Shown in pieces: positions 59,387 to 64,000 of a stretch of DNA of 64,000 bases (its first letter is position 1; each line of letters starts with the position of its first letter). The stretch is from Entomortierella parvispora E1425. Its lineage: Eukaryota > Fungi > Mortierellomycota. The position numbers and the translations under genes were made by a program. The notes under the pieces were generated by a model. That model saw nothing but the letters and a program-made list of their open reading frames with translations. It had not been told where the DNA came from and ran no database searches. The DNA is taken from NCBI GenBank assembly GCA_020891255.1, contig BQFW01000005.1:1116001-1180000 (forward strand), written 5' to 3'.

Positions 59387-61108
59387 TCAAAAATTATGGA
59401 CGCCAAGAATGGCATCGAAAATACTGCTCATGGCATCGTGTGGGTCCAAGAGTTCCTCCCTGTCTGGCTTTTCAGTATTTATACCGTGTTCACAGAGGTA
59501 GTCGTCCGCTTCGTCGCTTATGTTCCGTGTAATGACAGTGTCCAGGCAAGGCCACATTTCCTCGATATATTGTGCATCCTCATATTCCACATCTCTCCAG
59601 TAGACTTGCATCAATCGAGTCAATGACTGAAGTGCATCCACTGCTGGATCGGTTAACTGCAGCTCCAGCGTGTGGAAATCGTCATTTTGAAACCTCTTTT
59701 GACTCAAGAGCAGTTCCTCCAGACGTGTCAATGTTGCAATACGATCAAAAAAGAACGAAGGCGGATGGACAAAGAGTGTTTCGTCTTCGTCCTCGTCTAG
59801 GAGCTCTGGCTCAAGTCCGTCATAAACCTCACGTCGAAGGTCCAGATTCAAATGAATCAGATGGAGACAGGTCCAGGGCCGGGGATCCTCTGTCACATCT
59901 CGGTCCGTGATAAACGTACCAGCAAAGCGCCTCAAGTTTGGATACAGGCAGAGAAATCGATGCATCCATACACCACCACACTTTGTGTTCCTCACATACA
60001 GCTCTTTCAAGCTTGGTCGAGGTATTTCGGCTGGCATTGGTTTGGAGGTATCCCCGCCTTCAATGATCTTTCCGTATACCCAGGCGCTGGCGGCCAAAGG
60101 TCCAAAGGATGTGTTGTTCAATTCCAGTAGTACCATAGGCCGGTCTCCAAGTGCCAAGATGATGTCGGCAAGATCTCTGTCCGAAAGACGTTTCATCCCC
60201 AGACAGAGAGCATTGAGGAAGGGCCAATGACCCTTGAGAAGGTCATCAGCCAATGGAAGTGATTCCCGACTTGGAAAACGTCTATCCACCCACGTCATTG
60301 ACCTCAACTCCTGACAGGCAAGAAAGTGCGAATAGTCCGCTTGCATACCACTTTGAGAGGAGACGACAGTCAAGTCTCTGACCTTGCTCGGTACACTCTC
60401 AGCATCCTTGCCCTCCTGAACTGGTGCTAATGCTGACGGGTGTGAGTCTGCGGCGAGTTTGATTGCTGGGGTTGTCGAAGATCCAAGGGCCTCCAATTGG
60501 TCCCAATAAGCACGATTACGACGCACAACTTCCACTTCATCCATCTCCAGCTCGTCCAGACTCCACAAAAGTTGTCTTGAGCGAAGATCCATGGCACTAA
60601 TGTCGACGATTACGAGTCCCAGGAAGAGAGAGCGGAGTTGACCGTGGTCTTTGCAGCCCTCCAGAAGGTCAAAAACTTGAAAGACAGATGGATCTACGAC
60701 ACTGTATCTCAGGTTGAGCCAGACAAGGCGAGGGCCATGACGGATGATCATATCCTTAATTGCAGGGAGGATGTCCTGACCATTGACAAACTTCAAACTG
60801 AGAGCTGTCAGTTTAGGATAGTCGAGCTTGAGAAGTTCGTTTGTGCATTCCGTTTTGAGGTTGAAGAGTGAGAGAGAATGTATCCTTCCGGCATTCCTCT
60901 TGATATGCGATAGCGTCTCTGCTGTGGCCTCCTTTGACGCCGAGTCTACACTGTCGAGAGAGACAGATTCCCAGATGCGTGGGAGGAATGCCTGATGCCA
61001 CAGTTTTGAGACTTGGATGCAATTGACGAGCACCTCTTTGTTAAAGTAGAATGAGATCTCCTGGAGAATCTCGAGCAGCTGCAGAGGATGTGTCTTTTCG
61101 CGGTCCAT
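59387..61108 (-). CDS. F-box / RNI-like LRR protein (573 aa, intronless)
   Basis: MDREKTHPLQLLEILQEISFYF...NCIQVSKLWHQAFLPRIW; GHWPFLNAL; DPRPWTCLHL. An alternative ATG exists at 61159. Confidence 0.87.
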   Translation of the reverse strand: MDREKTHPLQLLEILQEISFYFNKEVLVNCIQVSKLWHQAFLPRIWESVSLDSVDSASKEATAETLSHIKRNAGRIHSLSLFNLKTECTNELLKLDYPKLTALSLKFVNGQDILPAIKDMIIRHGPRLVWLNLRYSVVDPSVFQVFDLLEGCKDHGQLRSLFLGLVIVDISAMDLRSRQLLWSLDELEMDEVEVVRRNRAYWDQLEALGSSTTPAIKLAADSHPSALAPVQEGKDAESVPSKVRDLTVVSSQSGMQADYSHFLACQELRSMTWVDRRFPSRESLPLADDLLKGHWPFLNALCLGMKRLSDRDLADIILALGDRPMVLLELNNTSFGPLAASAWVYGKIIEGGDTSKPMPAEIPRPSLKELYVRNTKCGGVWMHRFLCLYPNLRRFAGTFITDRDVTEDPRPWTCLHLIHLNLDLRREVYDGLEPELLDEDEDETLFVHPPSFFFDRIATLTRLEELLLSQKRFQNDDFHTLELQLTDPAVDALQSLTRLMQVYWRDVEYEDAQYIEEMWPCLDTVITRNISDEADDYLCEHGINTEKPDREELLDPHDAMSSIFDAILGVHNF

Positions 61109-61504
61109 GATGTAGAGTGAATGAGATGATCCCGATCCTGATGAAAAATGCCAGTTCATGGAATCGAGACAGGGAAGGAGAAAGTCGGTGAAGAATCGGT
61201 GGCTTGGCCCCGTCCAAGAGATCCAGTCCAGATTTTGGTTCCTGTCTAGCGTTGCCGAATGAAATGAAGGCTAAAGCAACATTTATTCGACACCGACAAG
61301 GGACTCTAGATGTGTGTATCTTTCTTTATTGATCTCACGTGACTCCAAAGAAAAAATTGCTCTGCAATAAAGGGATCTCTCGATGCATCTCTCAGATCTC
61401 CATCTACTCGCAAAGATATGCCTAGGGCGGGCCGGGTGGGACATCTAGAGTCCCTTGTCGGTGTCGAATAAATGTTGCTTTAGCCTTCATTTCATTCGGC
61501 AACG

Positions 61505-63946
61505 CTAGACATTATTCTTCCCCCCTCCAAGGGACTCTATCTGTGAATCCAGATGCCGGGGAAGAAGAGTGTTGGTGAAGTTGCTAACGAGGGTCCTTGA
61601 AATTCGATAGTAGTTCTCCACCATGGTAGGCGATGACCAGTTCCCTTGAACGGTCACTTCCTCCAACGGAACCCCTTTCTTGAGGGCGTTCGTAGCTCCC
61701 AGCGCCCTGACCTTTGGGCGGGGTTGCCCCTTCTCTCTGGGCATCAGATCCAGGAGGACGGCAAGGTACTTGGAGATTCTCTCTGCTCCCAGAGGCGATT
61801 TGCCATAACTGATCTCCCTGATTAGGGGTATTATTTCAACCTCCAACAACTCCTTGTCCAGCTTGGGGTGTTGCTGCCTTGCATGTTCGTCGTGTTTCTC
61901 AGTACGCCTACGGTACTCCTGATACACTTCTACCGGGCAAAAGATTGGATCTGTGTGCGGATGTATCAAGACGGTCTTGATAATGCGTTGTCCATCTCGA
62001 CGTTCCTTGGGAGAGACGATGGTCAATTCCAGCACTCCATCTCGAATTCGGCACTGCTTTGTGTCTATACAAGCCAAGTCGTCCGGTCGAAGGAGTCCTA
62101 CCAGTCCCAGCAAGAAGCATGTCTTCGATGTCAAGTGCCTAATGTTTAGGCCCTTGTTCTCACCCTTCTTGAGGATCTCGATGAAGATAGGTGTCGTATC
62201 CGCGTCGTCGTGACGTAGCCGCTTGAGTGTGTGTGCACCAATGACCTTTAGAAAATCTGACAGATTTTCATCCGCTCGCCACTCTTCCTGACGGTCCCTC
62301 GGGAAGAGTTTGAGTACTGATGACAAGTAGGCTCGGGCCGTTTGCGGCTTCCAAGCCCTAATCTCCACTCCATAGTTCAGGAAGTTCATCAAGTCCGTAG
62401 GTGAGGTATCCTCTAGTGGTCGACCTCTCTCCTGCATCCATTGCGTGAATGTTCGTTGACTCGATGTGCTCTTGTTCCTTTCCTGAGCGGATTTGGAGTC
62501 AAACAATCGGCGAATGACTCCTGCGTCGGCCCCTGTGGTCACAGCTTGCTGCCGTCGACGCTCCACGCTGTTAACTGCCACATGGGGTTCCGCTCCAGTG
62601 GCTGTGGGCTGTTTCCTGGTGCGGGTTGTACCATTGTCCTCGGTACTGGGATTGGGCTGTGTGTTGACATGGCCTGGATTGTAGGGTACCAAATCATAGC
62701 AGGCCACTGTGGTGTGATCACTGTCGCCTGCACCTTGTCCGTTCTGATCTTCTCCAGGACTCGGTTGAGGAGTGACCACGGTGGGCAGATGTAGACTCGG
62801 CCCAGGTCCTTCCAACTGAAGCTGAACGCATCCTGTCTCCACGCTGTCTCCTCGTGCATCCAGGAGACGTAGCGTTGAGTCTTCGCGTTCTTTGCCGTGG
62901 CGAATAGATCGACTGAGTGATGTCCCCAGGTCGAGTCTAGCTGTCGATAGAACGAGTTGTTGATCGACCACTCCAACTGTGCTGTCATGCGTCTCGATGG
63001 TGAGTCGGCTGGATTGAACTGAGACGGTACGTACGTTGTCATGAGTCGGGTTCCCGTCTTGATGCAATAGTCCCAAATTTGTGTTGCTAGGTCCAGCAAT
63101 CGCTTTGATTTGGTCCCTCCAAACTTGTTTATCTGCGCAATTGCCGTCGTATTGTCGCAGATTACCTGGATTGTCCTGCCTCGCATGTCCGGCAGGTGTA
63201 TCAGATGCCATATCACCTTCAATTCCTTGTAATTGATGTGATACGGTTGCTCCTCCTGTGTCCATGTCTTCGAGATCTCCTCGTCCTCGTAGACTATCCC
63301 CCATGCGTCCTGAGATGCATCCGTGAATACATCGATCTCTGACCTCTGGGGGAGGAATCCCTGACCATTCCATGTCGACAGGTTTTTGCACCACCATTGA
63401 AGATCCTCTTTCGATTGGTGGTCCAGTGTGACAGACTCCGTCCATGGGCAGTTCCTTGCTAATGCTGAGTTCTGAGCTTGGATGAGTCGGCGCGTCTTTA
63501 GTCGTGCTGGAAAGATGGCCACTGTCATGGACATCGCTCTCCCTATGAAGGACGCCAATCTCTTCAGCGGGACTGCTGCTGCCTGCAGCATCTTGTTGGC
63601 TTCTCTCCTCAGGTCTCGGATCTTGTTCCCCGGGACTGACAGTGACATTTGGACGGTGTCTATGTGAAATCCCAGGTGATTGATCTGTTGCAAAGGCGTA
63701 AGCATTGATTTCTCGTTCTGAATGAGGAATCCCAGTCGTTCCAGCTTCTGACGTACCATGAGAGTGTGTCTTTCTGACTCTTCTCTGCTGGTTGCGGCAA
63801 CTAATATGTCGTCTAAATATGCTGAAATGCGGATCCCCTGTTTGCGTGCCCACTGCAGGATGGGTCGTATGATCTTGGTGAAGACGTAAGGGGACAGTGA
63901 GAGACCGAATGGAAGGGTCCTGAACTGATATGTCTTCCCGTGCCAT
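61505..63946 (-). CDS. DIRS tyrosine recombinase ORF, copy 2 (813 aa)
   Basis: Same motifs as copy 1. The C-terminus is altered (GGGKNNV) by an extra C at 61520-61525. Confidence 0.88.
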   Translation of the reverse strand: MAREDISVQDPSIRSLTVPLRLHQDHTTHPAVGTQTGDPHFSIFRRHISCRNQQRRVRKTHSHGTSEAGTTGIPHSEREINAYAFATDQSPGISHRHRPNVTVSPGEQDPRPEERSQQDAAGSSSPAEEIGVLHRESDVHDSGHLSSTTKDAPTHPSSELSISKELPMDGVCHTGPPIERGSSMVVQKPVDMEWSGIPPPEVRDRCIHGCISGRMGDSLRGRGDLEDMDTGGATVSHQLQGIEGDMASDTPAGHARQDNPGNLRQYDGNCADKQVWRDQIKAIAGPSNTNLGLLHQDGNPTHDNVRTVSVQSSRLTIETHDSTVGVVDQQLVLSTARLDLGTSLSRSIRHGKEREDSTLRLLDARGDSVETGCVQLQLEGPGPSLHLPTVVTPQPSPGEDQNGQGAGDSDHTTVACYDLVPYNPGHVNTQPNPSTEDNGTTRTRKQPTATGAEPHVAVNSVERRRQQAVTTGADAGVIRRLFDSKSAQERNKSTSSQRTFTQWMQERGRPLEDTSPTDLMNFLNYGVEIRAWKPQTARAYLSSVLKLFPRDRQEEWRADENLSDFLKVIGAHTLKRLRHDDADTTPIFIEILKKGENKGLNIRHLTSKTCFLLGLVGLLRPDDLACIDTKQCRIRDGVLELTIVSPKERRDGQRIIKTVLIHPHTDPIFCPVEVYQEYRRRTEKHDEHARQQHPKLDKELLEVEIIPLIREISYGKSPLGAERISKYLAVLLDLMPREKGQPRPKVRALGATNALKKGVPLEEVTVQGNWSSPTMVENYYRISRTLVSNFTNTLLPRHLDSQIESLGGGKNNV

Positions 63947-64000
63947 CGGAAGCGTAGGTAGCGTCGACTTTTCGGCTGTACGGCGACGTGGAGGAAGGCG
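62539..64000 (-). CDS. DIRS pol, copy 2 (partial; RT-RNaseH-MT in one frame)
   Basis: T4 at 63969-63972 keeps AVQPKSRRYLRFRWHGKTYQFRTLPFG...YLDD in frame with the 62539-63759 ORF. Confidence 0.92.
   Translation of the reverse strand, partial: AFLHVAVQPKSRRYLRFRWHGKTYQFRTLPFGLSLSPYVFTKIIRPILQWARKQGIRISAYLDDILVAATSREESERHTLMVRQKLERLGFLIQNEKSMLTPLQQINHLGFHIDTVQMSLSVPGNKIRDLRREANKMLQAAAVPLKRLASFIGRAMSMTVAIFPARLKTRRLIQAQNSALARNCPWTESVTLDHQSKEDLQWWCKNLSTWNGQGFLPQRSEIDVFTDASQDAWGIVYEDEEISKTWTQEEQPYHINYKELKVIWHLIHLPDMRGRTIQVICDNTTAIAQINKFGGTKSKRLLDLATQIWDYCIKTGTRLMTTYVPSQFNPADSPSRRMTAQLEWSINNSFYRQLDSTWGHHSVDLFATAKNAKTQRYVSWMHEETAWRQDAFSFSWKDLGRVYICPPWSLLNRVLEKIRTDKVQATVITPQWPAMIWYPTIQAMSTHSPIPVPRTMVQPAPGNSPQPLERNPMWQLTAWSVDGSKL

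Larger units (their letters stand above)
61243..64000 (-). mobile_element. DIRS1-type retrotransposon copy 2 (3' part; truncated by the window edge)
   Basis: Starts tgtctagc at 61243 and is collinear with 121-2878. Only about five substitutions and two 1-bp indels were noticed. Confidence 0.96.

Noticed and set aside
1-64000. rRNA, tRNA, telomeric repeats or a Starship-type captain
   Set aside because: None recognised. The only tyrosine recombinases belong to the DIRS retrotransposons.

Overview
Eukaryotic (fungal) DNA at about 50% GC with GT-AG introns and long poly(A/T) tracts. The gene families suggest Mortierellaceae (Mortierellomycotina), but that is inference from family resemblance. 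No rRNA, tRNA or CRISPR array was found. The window is a rapidly evolving accessory region bracketed by two nearly identical, co-oriented DIRS1-type tyrosine-recombinase retrotransposons (121-4371 complete; 61243-64000 cut by the window edge). Between them lie: six intact intronless F-box/LRR-like genes and at least four decayed copies; two Ycf45/SpoIIIAA-like AAA+ ATPase genes, each tail-to-tail with an F-box gene or remnant; and a membrane-anchored repeat/coiled-coil ORF. There is also a 13-exon gene (22224-33307, about 3268 aa after manual splicing) for a giant secreted cysteine-rich protein built from seven tandem phase-0 exons, plus a shorter, damaged duplicate of it (36036-41773). The remainder includes a 435-bp hAT-type MITE with an 8-bp TSD, a subtilisin S8 protease, a small spliced RRM gene missed by the ORF track, and several decayed coding remnants. 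The strongest candidate for an undescribed system is the modular Cys-rich surface protein locus, which shows exon-level copy-number variation, mosaic units and a hypervariable C-terminal tip. The F-box/Ycf45-like ATPase pairing comes second.
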